From: Candidatus Hadarchaeum sp.
Lineage (GTDB): Archaea > Hadarchaeota > Hadarchaeia > Hadarchaeales > Hadarchaeaceae
Direction: 5' to 3'
Assembly (NCBI RefSeq): GCF_038871235.1
Contig: NZ_JAVZIN010000008.1
Location: 1-64,000, forward strand
DNA length: 64,000 nt
The position numbers were made by a program, and so were the translations under genes. The notes beneath the pieces are model-generated. The model was not told the DNA's origin, searched no databases, and saw only the letters and a program-made list of their open reading frames with translations. Shown here piece after piece: positions 29,999 through 39,890 of this stretch; position 1 is the first letter of the stretch; every line of letters starts with the position of its first letter.

Positions 29999-31337
29999 AG
30001 GAAATATTGAGCTCGGAGGAACCTTGGGCGATTGTCAATATGTTAATTCCGCTCCGGCCGATGGTTCCAAAAACTCTGGCCGCCACCCCGGGTGTACCTT
30101 TCATACCAGCACCAATGGCCGCAATGACGCTCACGTTCCTTTCACAGCTAATATCCCAGCTAATCTTGCGCCTTTCGAACTCTGAACGGAGGGCGCGGAG
30201 AACTAAGTCCACTTCCTTGCGATCAACTACGAAGCTTATGTCGGCTTGTGATGAACTCTGTGAGATCATCAGGACCTTTACCCCGGCTCGGCCAATGATG
30301 TCAAAAACCGTCGCGGCAACTCCTGGAACACCGATCATCTCCGCCCCGCCCACCGTTATCAGGGAGACATTTTTACTCATAGTAATTGACTTGACGATGT
30401 CCTTAACCTGATTCGGTTTCTTGATGATCAAAGTGCCACCTTGGTTAGGCTTGAAGGCATTCAAAACCCTGACCGGTATGTTTGAATCCATGGCCGGTCT
30501 GATCATCTTGGGGTGCAATACCTTGGCCCCGAAGTAGGCGAGCTCTGTGGCCTCAATATAGGAGATGGTCTTGATAACGCGGGCATTTGGTTCAACCTTG
30601 GGGTCGGCGGTCATTATGCCATCGACATCAGTCATTATCCAAATTTCATCAACACCCAATGCGGCACCAAGTATTGAGGCGGTGTAATCGGATCCACCTC
30701 GCCCCAAGGTAGTTATGACTCCATCCTCAGTGCCGCCGATAAAACCGGTTATGACCGGAACCTCATTCGCGGCCCACATTTTATTAATACGCTGTTTTGC
30801 AATTCTGCGGACTTTTTCCATCAGGGGGCGCGCTTCGGTGAAGTGGTCATCGGTGATCAACCCTGCCTCGAAACCTGTCAGCGCTCTTGATTTTACACCC
30901 AACGACTCTATGGAACCGGACAAGATGGGGGCAGAAAGCCTCTCTCCAAATGATAAGATAAGGTCCTGAGAGCGCGGAGACAGCTCACCTAAATAAGAGA
31001 TTCCTGTGAGGGCTCGCTCCAAAAGGTCGATGGTCTCCCGGACAGTACGAGTAGTTCGGCCCAAAACTTCTTTATTTTTTATCGCGTCCTGGCAAGCCTG
31101 ATAATGTCTGATTGAAATTTGCCGCAGGAACTCTGGGATCTGTTCTCTAGGATTGGATCGAGGTTCTACCAGCTTACGTGCTATCTCGAGAAGTTGATCA
31201 GTCACTCCCGCCATGGCTGAAGTCACAACCGCGATCTGGTCTCCCTTCTTATGCCTAGAGACGACCAGCTCGGCATCCTTCTTAATACTCTCGCCATCCT
31301 TGACCGGAACGCCGCCAAACTTGATAACCAGCTTCAA
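29922..31337 (-). CDS. lysC: Aspartate kinase
   Basis: KFGG, SFGERLS, TLGRGGSD, TDVDG, GAKVLHP, two ACT domains. Confidence 0.95.
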   Translation of the reverse strand: MKLVIKFGGVPVKDGESIKKDAELVVSRHKKGDQIAVVTSAMAGVTDQLLEIARKLVEPRSNPREQIPEFLRQISIRHYQACQDAIKNKEVLGRTTRTVRETIDLLERALTGISYLGELSPRSQDLILSFGERLSAPILSGSIESLGVKSRALTGFEAGLITDDHFTEARPLMEKVRRIAKQRINKMWAANEVPVITGFIGGTEDGVITTLGRGGSDYTASILGAALGVDEIWIMTDVDGIMTADPKVEPNARVIKTISYIEATELAYFGAKVLHPKMIRPAMDSNIPVRVLNAFKPNQGGTLIIKKPNQVKDIVKSITMSKNVSLITVGGAEMIGVPGVAATVFDIIGRAGVKVLMISQSSSQADISFVVDRKEVDLVLRALRSEFERRKISWDISCERNVSVIAAIGAGMKGTPGVAARVFGTIGRSGINILTIAQGSSELNISFTVDERDAVKAVRALHSEFQLDRAG

Positions 31338-31355
31338 ACTACCGCCTCTTCAAAA

Positions 31356-31703
31356 CTAATGTTCTGGCTCAACGACATAATAAGAGTTGAGCACTTGGCA
31401 GATGTTCTTAGCCAAGGCATGATAACACATATCCACGCCCGCTTTCCCAGTTGATATGTTCATCACGTAGTCGCTGCAGGTACAAAAATTCTTCACAACT
31501 TCGTATTCATCGTTCTTTCCTCTGACAAACCAGCGCTGCCCCCGCTTGATCACGCGCCTACCCTTTACCGCCTCGATAGCACGCTTGCCCCTTTTCCGGT
31601 ACACCTCAATTATCTCATTTTCCAACTCTGGGGACAGTGACGCAGCGGTTTGTAGTTTTTTGAAAAGATTCTCCTTGCTCTCCCTGAATGATTCGGAAAT
31701 CAT
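31356..31703 (-). CDS. SWIM zinc-finger protein
   Basis: FCTCSD...MCYHALA. Confidence 0.8.
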   Translation of the reverse strand: MISESFRESKENLFKKLQTAASLSPELENEIIEVYRKRGKRAIEAVKGRRVIKRGQRWFVRGKNDEYEVVKNFCTCSDYVMNISTGKAGVDMCYHALAKNICQVLNSYYVVEPEH

Positions 31704-31743
31704 TTCTCTCCAAATGTCAAAATACCTGCTGAGGAGTATATAA

Positions 31744-32580
31744 TTGATGCTAACCGAAACCAAGCGACTCCTGTGTAGGGATGGAATATGGCTGGACAGA
31801 CGGCTGGGGCAAAATCAAGTCATCGACGCCTCCATTCTGAAAAAAATGATTGATTACGCTGAAGTGACAAAAAATGACAAGGTCTTGGAAATCGGAGCCG
31901 GAGTTGGCAATCTAACGGTTATGCTCGCCGAGGCGGCTGGAACCGTAACTGCCATTGAAAGAGATAAAAAATTAATTCGAATACTGAAAGAACGCCTGAA
32001 AGGCCGAACCAACGTCAAAGTTCTTCAAGGAGATGCTCTGGAGATGGAACTGCCCGAATTTAACAAAATAGTTTCGAATCTGCCCTTTTCAATATCCTCA
32101 AGAATAACATTCAAGCTCTTGGGGCTAAAGTTTGATATAGCGGTGTTAATGTTTCAAAAGGAATTTGCCGAGAGACTAGTTGCGTCGCCTGGATCTAAGA
32201 ATTACGGACGTCTGACAGTCAACGTTTACTACCGAGCCAAAGCGGAATTGTTGGATGAAGTTCCACCCTCGGCATTTTTCCCCCAGCCCAAAGTTAGCTC
32301 GGCAATCGTCCGCCTGAAACCCCGTCAGCCCCCGTTTGAGATCAAAGATGAACAACTCTTCTCGAGGGTTGTCCGGGCCTTATTTCAGCACCGGAATCAA
32401 CGGGTCAGAAACGCGCTCCTGCATTCTTTTTCGGAAATTTTTCCAAAAACGAAAATGACTAAAAACGAAATAAAATCGTTCATTGGTAGTACTCTACCTG
32501 GCAAATTTCTGGAAGCCAGAGTTCCAGAACTGACTCCTGAGGACTTGGGTGAGATTACCAACCTACTTACTTCTCCATGA
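31744..32580 (+). CDS. rsmA: 16S rRNA dimethyladenosine transferase
   Basis: LGQN, EIGAGVG, SNLPF, MFQKE, FFPQPKV. Confidence 0.94.
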   Translation: MMLTETKRLLCRDGIWLDRRLGQNQVIDASILKKMIDYAEVTKNDKVLEIGAGVGNLTVMLAEAAGTVTAIERDKKLIRILKERLKGRTNVKVLQGDALEMELPEFNKIVSNLPFSISSRITFKLLGLKFDIAVLMFQKEFAERLVASPGSKNYGRLTVNVYYRAKAELLDEVPPSAFFPQPKVSSAIVRLKPRQPPFEIKDEQLFSRVVRALFQHRNQRVRNALLHSFSEIFPKTKMTKNEIKSFIGSTLPGKFLEARVPELTPEDLGEITNLLTSP

Positions 32581-34756
32581 ATTCCTCGGGCTTTGGTGGC
32601 TCCGGCTTCAGACCTTTGCGCTTGCGTGTGTCTCGGATAATTTGCTCTTGAAGTTCCTTTGGTGTGACATCGAACTTCTCGAACTCGGTTGCCCAAATGG
32701 CCCGGCCCTCGGTCTCCGAACGAAGATCGGCGGCCAAACCAAACGAGTTGGCCACAGGCAGTAATGCCTTTATTATCGTGATGTCCTCCTCAGCCTCCAT
32801 GCTCAAGATCCTTCCCCGGCGGCCCTGAATCACTTTGGTAGCCCCACCCATGAACTCCTGAGGAACGCGCACCTCCAGCCTGAGCAAGGGCTCAAGCAAG
32901 GTCGGTTCTGCCAGAAGAATGGCGGCTTGTATCGGTCGCCTCACAGCTGGAATTATCTGTGCTGGGCCCCTATGCACTGAATCCTCATGTAAAGAAGCAT
33001 CGACTATCATGGCCTTCAAGCCACGCATTGGTTCCCGCATGATGGGGCCCTCCTCAACCACTTCCTTAAAGGCCTCAATGATATAGTCCTCAACTTCATT
33101 CATATACTGGACCCCTTTTGTCGCGTCCACCAGAACGTTGGGGCCTATTATAGTAACGATATTGCGAGCCTCATGCGTCTCCCAACCCAACTCCCTCAGC
33201 AGGTTGGCACGTTCTTTCCTTTCCTGTTTGTCGTTGATCTTTCCCTCCTCAATGGCCTTGATGACCTGCGGCTCCAGCGGCTCAACGACAATCATAAAGC
33301 GGTTATGTTTGTTCGGAGATTTACCCTCAACGGGGCCTGCCCTTTTGGTCGGGGTTTCACGATAAACTACGATAGGCTCTGACGTCTTAACCTCCAGACC
33401 AGCCTGCTTCAGCTTGTACTCAACTATCTCGAGGTGTACCTCACCCATCCCGGAAACGAGGTATTCCCCCGTCTCCTCATTTATCTTCACCTTGACGTTA
33501 GGGTCCTCACGGGATATCCTCTTCAGCTCGTTAACAAGTTTAGGTAGATCTTGGAAATTCTTAGGCTCGACCGCCACCGTTACTACCGGCTCGCTTATGT
33601 ATCTGAGCTCCTCAAATCCTTTACCCTCGACGCCGACCTCAATTAAAGTCTCACCAACAAAGGCGTCCTTCATCCCAATTATCGCACCGATGTTGCCGGC
33701 CGGAACCTTATCAACCATCACCCGGTCTGGCCCCATGTAAACGTTAACCTGCTGGATGCGGGCTTCCTGCCCCGAACTCACCAGTTTAACGGTCTTACCT
33801 TTTTCCAAGGTGCCTGAGAAAACTCTGCCGGTCGATATCACCCCAGCCTGCTCGTCAACGATAATGTCAGTAATGACCATGCAAATCTTTCCATGGGGGT
33901 TTGCGGTCAGCATGTCACGTCCAAGTTCGCTGTTGAGATCCCCTTTCCAGATGACCGGAATCCGGCTGGCTTGGGCCTCCTTAGGGTTGGGAAGGTGCCT
34001 GATGACCATATCCAAGATAACCTCATAGACTGGGCTCTTCTTCGCTAGTTCAGCTTGGTTTCCCGATTGATAAGCGCTGATGATGTCCTTGAAGCTAATG
34101 TTCTTCTTTCTCATCTGGGGGATAGACAAGGCCCATTTCTCCTTGGCTGAACCAAAGGCAACCGACCCTGCCTCAACGTTCACCAACCACTTATCGGCGA
34201 CGCTTGAATGGGCGTATCGCTTTATTAGCTCGTTAAATTTAGTTATCAGCTTGACAAAGCGGGCTTGCATCGCCTCTGGAGTCAGCTTGAGTTCATCGAT
34301 GAGGCGATCGACTTTGTTGATATAAAGGACTGGGCGCACCCGCTCGCTCAGCGCCTGCCTTAACACCGTCTCCGTCTGCGGCATGACGCCTTCAACGGCA
34401 TCCATCACCACGATGACACCATCGATCGCGCGGAGGGCCCGGGTTACGTCGCCACTGAAGTCCACGTGTCCTGGGGTGTCAAGAAGGTTGATCAGATACT
34501 CTTGGCCATCAAGGGTGTGGGAGAGGCTAACGGCGGAAGTCTGAACGGTTATACCCCGCTGCTGCTCGATGTCCAAAAAATCCGTGAAAAGTTGTTCACC
34601 AGCAAGTTCGAAGCTTATTATCCCTGAAGCGGCGACTAGGGAGTCCGTTAACGTTGTCTTGCCGTGATCGACATGGGCGACTATGCCGATATTCCTGATG
34701 TGCTCTGGTTCCCACATCAGCTTTTGGACTTCCGCCAGGTGCTTGTAACGCCTCAT
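32567..34756 (-). CDS. fusA: Elongation factor 2
   Basis: AHVDHGKTT, RGIT, DTPGH, NKVD; diphthamide loop HEDSVHRGPAQ. Confidence 0.97.
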   Translation of the reverse strand: MRRYKHLAEVQKLMWEPEHIRNIGIVAHVDHGKTTLTDSLVAASGIISFELAGEQLFTDFLDIEQQRGITVQTSAVSLSHTLDGQEYLINLLDTPGHVDFSGDVTRALRAIDGVIVVMDAVEGVMPQTETVLRQALSERVRPVLYINKVDRLIDELKLTPEAMQARFVKLITKFNELIKRYAHSSVADKWLVNVEAGSVAFGSAKEKWALSIPQMRKKNISFKDIISAYQSGNQAELAKKSPVYEVILDMVIRHLPNPKEAQASRIPVIWKGDLNSELGRDMLTANPHGKICMVITDIIVDEQAGVISTGRVFSGTLEKGKTVKLVSSGQEARIQQVNVYMGPDRVMVDKVPAGNIGAIIGMKDAFVGETLIEVGVEGKGFEELRYISEPVVTVAVEPKNFQDLPKLVNELKRISREDPNVKVKINEETGEYLVSGMGEVHLEIVEYKLKQAGLEVKTSEPIVVYRETPTKRAGPVEGKSPNKHNRFMIVVEPLEPQVIKAIEEGKINDKQERKERANLLRELGWETHEARNIVTIIGPNVLVDATKGVQYMNEVEDYIIEAFKEVVEEGPIMREPMRGLKAMIVDASLHEDSVHRGPAQIIPAVRRPIQAAILLAEPTLLEPLLRLEVRVPQEFMGGATKVIQGRRGRILSMEAEEDITIIKALLPVANSFGLAADLRSETEGRAIWATEFEKFDVTPKELQEQIIRDTRKRKGLKPEPPKPEEFMEK

Positions 34757-34799
34757 CTAAACCACTCCACGACATATGAACTCCATTATTTAAATAACA

Positions 34800-35975
34800 T
34801 CATCGTACCGGAAGATAAGTTGACTCGATCTCATCCTTTTTCTCCTCTGGAGGGGTGGGGAACTCTGTGGGTAAATCTTTGACACTCTGCCCAATACCAA
34901 TGGTGTTGCCAATTCCGGCCACGATTACTGTGTCTCCCGGCTTGGTGCGCAACCTGATGGCATTTTTGACCCGCTCCACGGCCTCGTCGACTCCGCGTAC
35001 CAGCCTCTTATTGAGCGGCTTTAACGACTCAGTGTAGGACTCTTTGATCACGATGGCGTCGATGGGTATCTTTCGTTTTACTGCGATTTCCTCTATCTTG
35101 TATTTTTCAACTGGAGGGCCGCCGATAGCAGCACCAACTCCTTCAACGACATCGCCGCTGGCCTCGCCCTCTAGCTTTCCAGCCGCGTCGATCATGATTA
35201 TTCGCGCCACCTTTCGCTTTTTCGCCAATCTGGCTATCAGCTCGCCTGGCTTGCCAACTCTGCCCCCTGGACCCTTGGCCTTTACGATGAGAAGTTTCCG
35301 CCCTTCGAACTCAGTCTCGGAATAGACGGTGTCCTCCACCGGCTCGTAAAATTTAGCTTCTTTAACCAGTTTTACCACAGTTAGTGGCCCGACACCATCA
35401 CCTATCGGCTTGCCTTCAACGAACGCCTTAGTGGCATCGACAAAGGCCTTGGCAAATGTCTTCAGGAAGGGAATATTCATCTGAACCAACATGACGATCT
35501 GGATGTTTTTCGTCTTCTCGGCTAAAACCAAGAAGTGACGGACCAACCGATAAAGGGTGTAGTTAGCCATCGCGCCCTCCATCGCCATCTCCAAGTTGGC
35601 GGCGGTTTCAGGGTCGGCGTTTGGCGCCAGCCTAGCGATCGCATCTTTGAAACGCTTGTTTCTTACATCGAGGATGTGCTCCAGCCTTTTTAAGACTCCA
35701 ACTGGATCCTCGCTGACCGGCTCGATGGCGAAGAAGTCCAAAAAGTCGTTGAACTCCTTTTCCACATCTTGCTTTGGCTTACCGTGTTTTATTATCGCCT
35801 TCAACGCTGTTTTCTTGCTCTCCTTGGCCATTTTATCTAGTTCAACAACTGCTTTCTTCATCTGGGTAAGACCAGCACGCGCCTGAAGCCACATCATCTG
35901 CGGGCTGAGGAGAGTTACCACTGCAAAGAAGATGATGCTCGCCACTATCCACCAGACTATGTCAATCTCTGGCAT
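34800..35975 (-). CDS. DUF1512 family protein
   Basis: N-terminal TM, PIGDGVGP, IDAAGKLEGE, GIGNTIGIGQ. Confidence 0.85.
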   Translation of the reverse strand: MPEIDIVWWIVASIIFFAVVTLLSPQMMWLQARAGLTQMKKAVVELDKMAKESKKTALKAIIKHGKPKQDVEKEFNDFLDFFAIEPVSEDPVGVLKRLEHILDVRNKRFKDAIARLAPNADPETAANLEMAMEGAMANYTLYRLVRHFLVLAEKTKNIQIVMLVQMNIPFLKTFAKAFVDATKAFVEGKPIGDGVGPLTVVKLVKEAKFYEPVEDTVYSETEFEGRKLLIVKAKGPGGRVGKPGELIARLAKKRKVARIIMIDAAGKLEGEASGDVVEGVGAAIGGPPVEKYKIEEIAVKRKIPIDAIVIKESYTESLKPLNKRLVRGVDEAVERVKNAIRLRTKPGDTVIVAGIGNTIGIGQSVKDLPTEFPTPPEEKKDEIESTYLPVR

Positions 35976-36057
35976 AATACCACTAAATTAATCTACTCGT
36001 TTTTTGATAAAGGTTGCTGCTAACCTTTAAAGCTTTGCTGTGAAAGGATTTTCACGA

Positions 36058-36142
36058 GCGGGGGTAGCCAAGCCAGGTTGAAGGCGCTGGCTTCAGGAGC
36101 CAGTCCCGTAGGGGTTCGGGGGTTCAAATCCCCTCCCCCGCA
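36058..36142 (+). tRNA. tRNA-Leu(CAG)
   Basis: Acceptor GCGGGGG/CCCCCGC+A; anticodon arm CTGGC-TTCAGGA-GCCAG; long variable arm; GGTTCAAATCC T-loop. Confidence 0.96.
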
Positions 36143-36241
36143 CCTATGTGAGATCTAAGCGGTCCAAAACAAATGATGAAATTATTGTTGGTTTCCGCGG
36201 TAAATCTCCGCAAAATTGCTGCGGGACTATAAATTTAAAAA

Positions 36242-36448
36242 TTACAATTTTTCGTTTTCATTTGGAACAAAGATATCTTCAATCTTAACTTTAAAAAATC
36301 GGGCTATCTTAAATGCCAGAAGCAACGAAGGGTCATACTTCCCTTTTTCAATGGCGATAATGGTTTGCCTCGTCACGCCCAACTTTTCCGCAAGATCTTC
36401 TTGGGTTAAATCGTGCATTGCCCGATAAACCTTGAGTTTATTTTTCAT
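36242..36448 (-). CDS. Xre/HTH_3 transcriptional regulator
   Basis: LTQEDLAEKLGVTRQTIIAIEKGKYDPSL. Confidence 0.93.
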   Translation of the reverse strand: MKNKLKVYRAMHDLTQEDLAEKLGVTRQTIIAIEKGKYDPSLLLAFKIARFFKVKIEDIFVPNENEKL

Positions 36449-36453
36449 GACTG

Positions 36454-36837
36454 CTAATCCCCAAATTTTTTGGAATAGTATCGGTAGAGCATGACATACA
36501 CCAACATCAAGATCGCCGAAAAAAAGGTAAGCGAGAGGCCGGCCTCTAAAAGCTCTGGATATCCGATCCTGCTCAAACTAACCAAGCAAAGACCAACCAC
36601 TGCAGAGGCTATGCTAACAATCTGAACCGTCCTTCTGGATGCCTTCTCACTTATTTTATAAGCTCTTTCATCAACCAGCACCGGCTCAGCTTTACTTCGG
36701 ATTAAAAACAAAAACAGCAGGCCTGCCACTACTGAAAACAGAGCTATTAAAAATTCGCCTGAGAGTGCAGATAAAGCAACGAAAATTCCAACAACCCCCA
36801 TTACTGCCAAACGATATGATTTGTAACCGTTTTTCAT
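36454..36837 (-). CDS. DUF2178-like membrane protein
   Basis: 4 TM segments, VDER...EKASR motif; paired with Xre gene. Confidence 0.8.
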   Translation of the reverse strand: MKNGYKSYRLAVMGVVGIFVALSALSGEFLIALFSVVAGLLFLFLIRSKAEPVLVDERAYKISEKASRRTVQIVSIASAVVGLCLVSLSRIGYPELLEAGLSLTFFSAILMLVYVMLYRYYSKKFGD

Positions 36838-36850
36838 TCCCCTCCCTTAA

Positions 36851-36887
36851 GTAAAACATTAATTACATTATGTTATTTAAACTTTAC
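36851..36887. promoter_or_regulatory. Tandem GT(A/T)A-N8-TTAC operators upstream of the DUF2178-Xre operon
   Basis: GTAAAACATTAATTAC 36851-36866 and GTTATTTAAACTTTAC 36872-36887. Confidence 0.5.
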
Positions 36888-36966
36888 TATTTATTAAATT
36901 TACAAAACAAGACTCAAGATTGGCAATTTCTTTTTATCCTGACGTTGAAGCAAAATTGGTGGTAAT

Positions 36967-37116
36967 GTGAAAGTTAAGCTCTCCGTTGATGGTGAGGAGA
37001 TCGATCTGAACGAGTTCGTCGTGAAAATATTAAGCGGTGCTATAATCGGTGCGGTGACCTCACTTCGCGGGATAAAAAAGGACTGGAAGAAAATAGAAAT
37101 CGAGGTTGAGAAGTAA
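36967..37116 (+). CDS. 49-aa small protein, not in the ORF track; resembles the C-terminal domain of archaeal MobB
   Basis: GTG start after GGTGGT; MKVKLSVDGEEIDLNEFVVKILSGAIIGAVTSLRGIKKDWKKIEIEVEK. Confidence 0.75.
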   Translation: MKVKLSVDGEEIDLNEFVVKILSGAIIGAVTSLRGIKKDWKKIEIEVEK

Positions 37117-37118
37117 CC

Positions 37119-39797
37119 TCAGATGAGATCCAAGGTGGCTACGTATCCCTCCTCAGACGGTCTGATAGTGAAGCCCATCTTCTGCGCCAACCGGATCATC
37201 TTCTTATTCTCTCGCATGATAATGCCATAGATACTCTCCAATCTCTTCTCCTGCGCGATTTCAATAAGCATGTCCATCAGTTTCGTGCCCAAGCCCTTCC
37301 CCTGATACTTATCTGCTAAAACAATAGCAAACTCGCCGCGCTTTTTGCCCGGCTCGGTGATCAACCTAGCCACCCCAATCTCCTTTTTCACGCCTGCCTC
37401 TGTGATCTCCGCGATTATCGCCATCTCCCGGTCATAGTCTATATTGCAGAAGCGCACCAGATCCTCATGAGACAGCTCCTTTATTATTCTAAAAAACCTG
37501 AACCGGCTCGTCTCCTCAGAAAGCCCTTTGATGAACTCATATTCGATCTTTTCATCCTCTGGTCTTATCGGTCTGAGAAGAACTTCGGTGCCATCCTTCA
37601 ACCTCCAAGGAACAACATACTTCGTGGGGTAAGGTAATATGGAAAGGTGCGCGTGGGGGTCGGTCTGTTTTAACGCCTCGACATCGATGGTGGCCCGAGC
37701 ATCAAGAGCGGTAATGTCATCCCTTGAAGCTGCAAGAGGGTTTATATCGATCTCAGCGAACTCGGGGAAGTCCACTATCAAGTTGGAAAACCGGACGACG
37801 ATTTCTTCGAGTGCCTTCATATCCACAGGGGGCTTGTTTCTTATACCGTGGGATAGAGCGCGGTAAATTTTGGTCTCCTCCATCAGCCTTCGAGCCAACG
37901 TCTGGTTCAGCGGGGGCAGAGCTATCGAGAAGTCCCGGTAAAACTCAACACCTATTCCCCCTTGCCCGAACAGAATCACTGAGCCAAAGTCCTTGTCCTT
38001 TTTAGCACCGAGGATCAGCTCATAATCAAACTTCTTCATTTTTTGAACGTAGACGCCATCAATCCTAGCCTTCGGCGCAGCGTTCTTAACCGATTCCAGC
38101 AAATTCCGGTAACACTTCCTCAAATTTTCCTCGGAGCTTATTCCGACGACCACCCCGCCAATGTCGGTCTTGTGAATTATCTCCGGGGAAGCGATCTTTA
38201 AGACCACTGGGTAACCCAAGCGAGAAGCGGCGGCAGCGGCTTCATCCTCATTCTTTGCCAGATGGGCCTCAGGCCTCGGGATCCGATAAGCATCGAAAAA
38301 CTTGTCGATTTCTGCCTGAGTCAGATTGGTTCTTCCCTCAGCAACGGCTCTTCTGATGATAAGCTTTAGGTGACTCTTCGGCGGGGAGAGGTCAACAGAA
38401 AGCTCTTCAGGTGTCTCATAAAGGAGTTCCAAATTACGCTTGTATTTGTACATATACATGTAGGTCTTAATCGCCTTTTCCGGGGTGGGGTAAGTGGGCA
38501 CATCGTTTTCATAAAATATCCTTCTTGCCTCCTCAACTTCATTTTCACCCATCCAAACCGTCAAAATGGGCTTAAGCTTTTTTTTGGCGATCTCGACGAT
38601 CCTCTTGGCCAAGTCAGTGGACTTAGCAGCACCCTGGGGGGTGTAAAGGACCACTATGCCATCTATTTTGGGATCGTTAAGGCAGGCTTCCACCGCCTTG
38701 CTATATCTTTCAACGTCGGCGTCTCCAAGGATATCAACAGGATTGCCCCGACTCCATTGCGGCGGTAAAACTTTGCTCAGGGCGGCTATGGTCTCGTCGG
38801 AAAGGTCGGCTATTTCTCCAAAATTATCCATGATAGCATCGGCGGCGATCACCCCTGGGCCACCGGCGTTGGTTATCACAGCGATGTTCGGCCCTGCCGG
38901 CAGATATCTTGAATCAAGCACGCTGGCGCAGTTGAAAAGGTCCTCGATCTCATCAACCCTTAACACGCCAGCTCTTCTGAATGCGGCTCTGTAGACCTCG
39001 AAATTACCGGCAAGCGCCCCAGTGTGTGATTTTACCGCCTTAGCACTCTCGGCATACTTTCCGGGCTTGAGAATGATGATCGGCTTGTTTCTGGCAAACC
39101 CTCTGGCGGCGCTCATAAACTTCCTAGCCGAACCAACCCCTTCCATGTAGATGATTATGCTCCGCGTGCGTGGATCTTCCCCTAGATAATCTATCAAGTC
39201 ACCAAAATCCACATCGAGCATCGAGCCCAACGAGGCGAACATGCTGAAGCCGATGTGGGTGCTGACCGCCCAATCCAAGATCGCGGAACCAAGAGCCCCG
39301 CTCTGTGAAATGAAAGCTATCTCTCCAGGCTCAGGCTGGCTTCTCAGAAAAGTAGCATTAATCGAATCATGAGGCCGAATAAACCCGAGGCAGTTGGGAC
39401 CTAGAACCCTGAACCCATATCTTTCCTGTAATTTCTTTATTTCCTGCTCCAGCTTTGCTCCCTCTTCCCCGGCCTCCCGGAATCCTGAGGAGATGATGAC
39501 GATGCCATCAACGCCGCACTTTCCACATTCCTCAACAACGGCTGGAACGCTTTTGGCCGGTATCGCAATCACGGCCAAATCTACATGCTCCGGAACCTGG
39601 GTTATGCTCGCAAAGCACTTTAAACCCAATACTGTTTGATAATTGGGATTTATGGGGTAAATTTTCCTTTTCTCTTTTCCAGCCAGAAGATTTTTCATGA
39701 TTTGGTTACCGATCGTCCCCTCTTTTTCACTAGCACCAATCAAAGCCACGACCCTGGGGCTCAACATGCTCTCTAGTTTACCCATTAGCATCACCAT
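37119..39797 (-). CDS. NDP-forming acyl-CoA synthetase alpha/beta + GNAT fusion (Pat-like lysine acetyltransferase)
   Basis: GPNCLG, SQSG, SHTGALAG, NPVD, HKTDIGGV, DINPL; C-terminal GNAT with QGKGLG. Confidence 0.9.
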   Translation of the reverse strand: MVMLMGKLESMLSPRVVALIGASEKEGTIGNQIMKNLLAGKEKRKIYPINPNYQTVLGLKCFASITQVPEHVDLAVIAIPAKSVPAVVEECGKCGVDGIVIISSGFREAGEEGAKLEQEIKKLQERYGFRVLGPNCLGFIRPHDSINATFLRSQPEPGEIAFISQSGALGSAILDWAVSTHIGFSMFASLGSMLDVDFGDLIDYLGEDPRTRSIIIYMEGVGSARKFMSAARGFARNKPIIILKPGKYAESAKAVKSHTGALAGNFEVYRAAFRRAGVLRVDEIEDLFNCASVLDSRYLPAGPNIAVITNAGGPGVIAADAIMDNFGEIADLSDETIAALSKVLPPQWSRGNPVDILGDADVERYSKAVEACLNDPKIDGIVVLYTPQGAAKSTDLAKRIVEIAKKKLKPILTVWMGENEVEEARRIFYENDVPTYPTPEKAIKTYMYMYKYKRNLELLYETPEELSVDLSPPKSHLKLIIRRAVAEGRTNLTQAEIDKFFDAYRIPRPEAHLAKNEDEAAAAASRLGYPVVLKIASPEIIHKTDIGGVVVGISSEENLRKCYRNLLESVKNAAPKARIDGVYVQKMKKFDYELILGAKKDKDFGSVILFGQGGIGVEFYRDFSIALPPLNQTLARRLMEETKIYRALSHGIRNKPPVDMKALEEIVVRFSNLIVDFPEFAEIDINPLAASRDDITALDARATIDVEALKQTDPHAHLSILPYPTKYVVPWRLKDGTEVLLRPIRPEDEKIEYEFIKGLSEETSRFRFFRIIKELSHEDLVRFCNIDYDREMAIIAEITEAGVKKEIGVARLITEPGKKRGEFAIVLADKYQGKGLGTKLMDMLIEIAQEKRLESIYGIIMRENKKMIRLAQKMGFTIRPSEEGYVATLDLI

Positions 39798-39890
39798 CTA
39801 TCCCAATGGCTGGGATTGCATTTATACCATCAACGTAATTAAGAATTGCCAAGTCGAACAACCAATTACAGAATAATATTTTATTTCAGC

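Noticed and set aside
36009-36055. Short inverted repeats upstream of the tRNA (also at 56772-56788)
   Set aside because: 6-7 bp arms are expected by chance in AT-rich promoters and have no second copy
36143-39797. Integrated element at tRNA-Leu
   Set aside because: No integrase and no duplicated tRNA 3' end seen in the window
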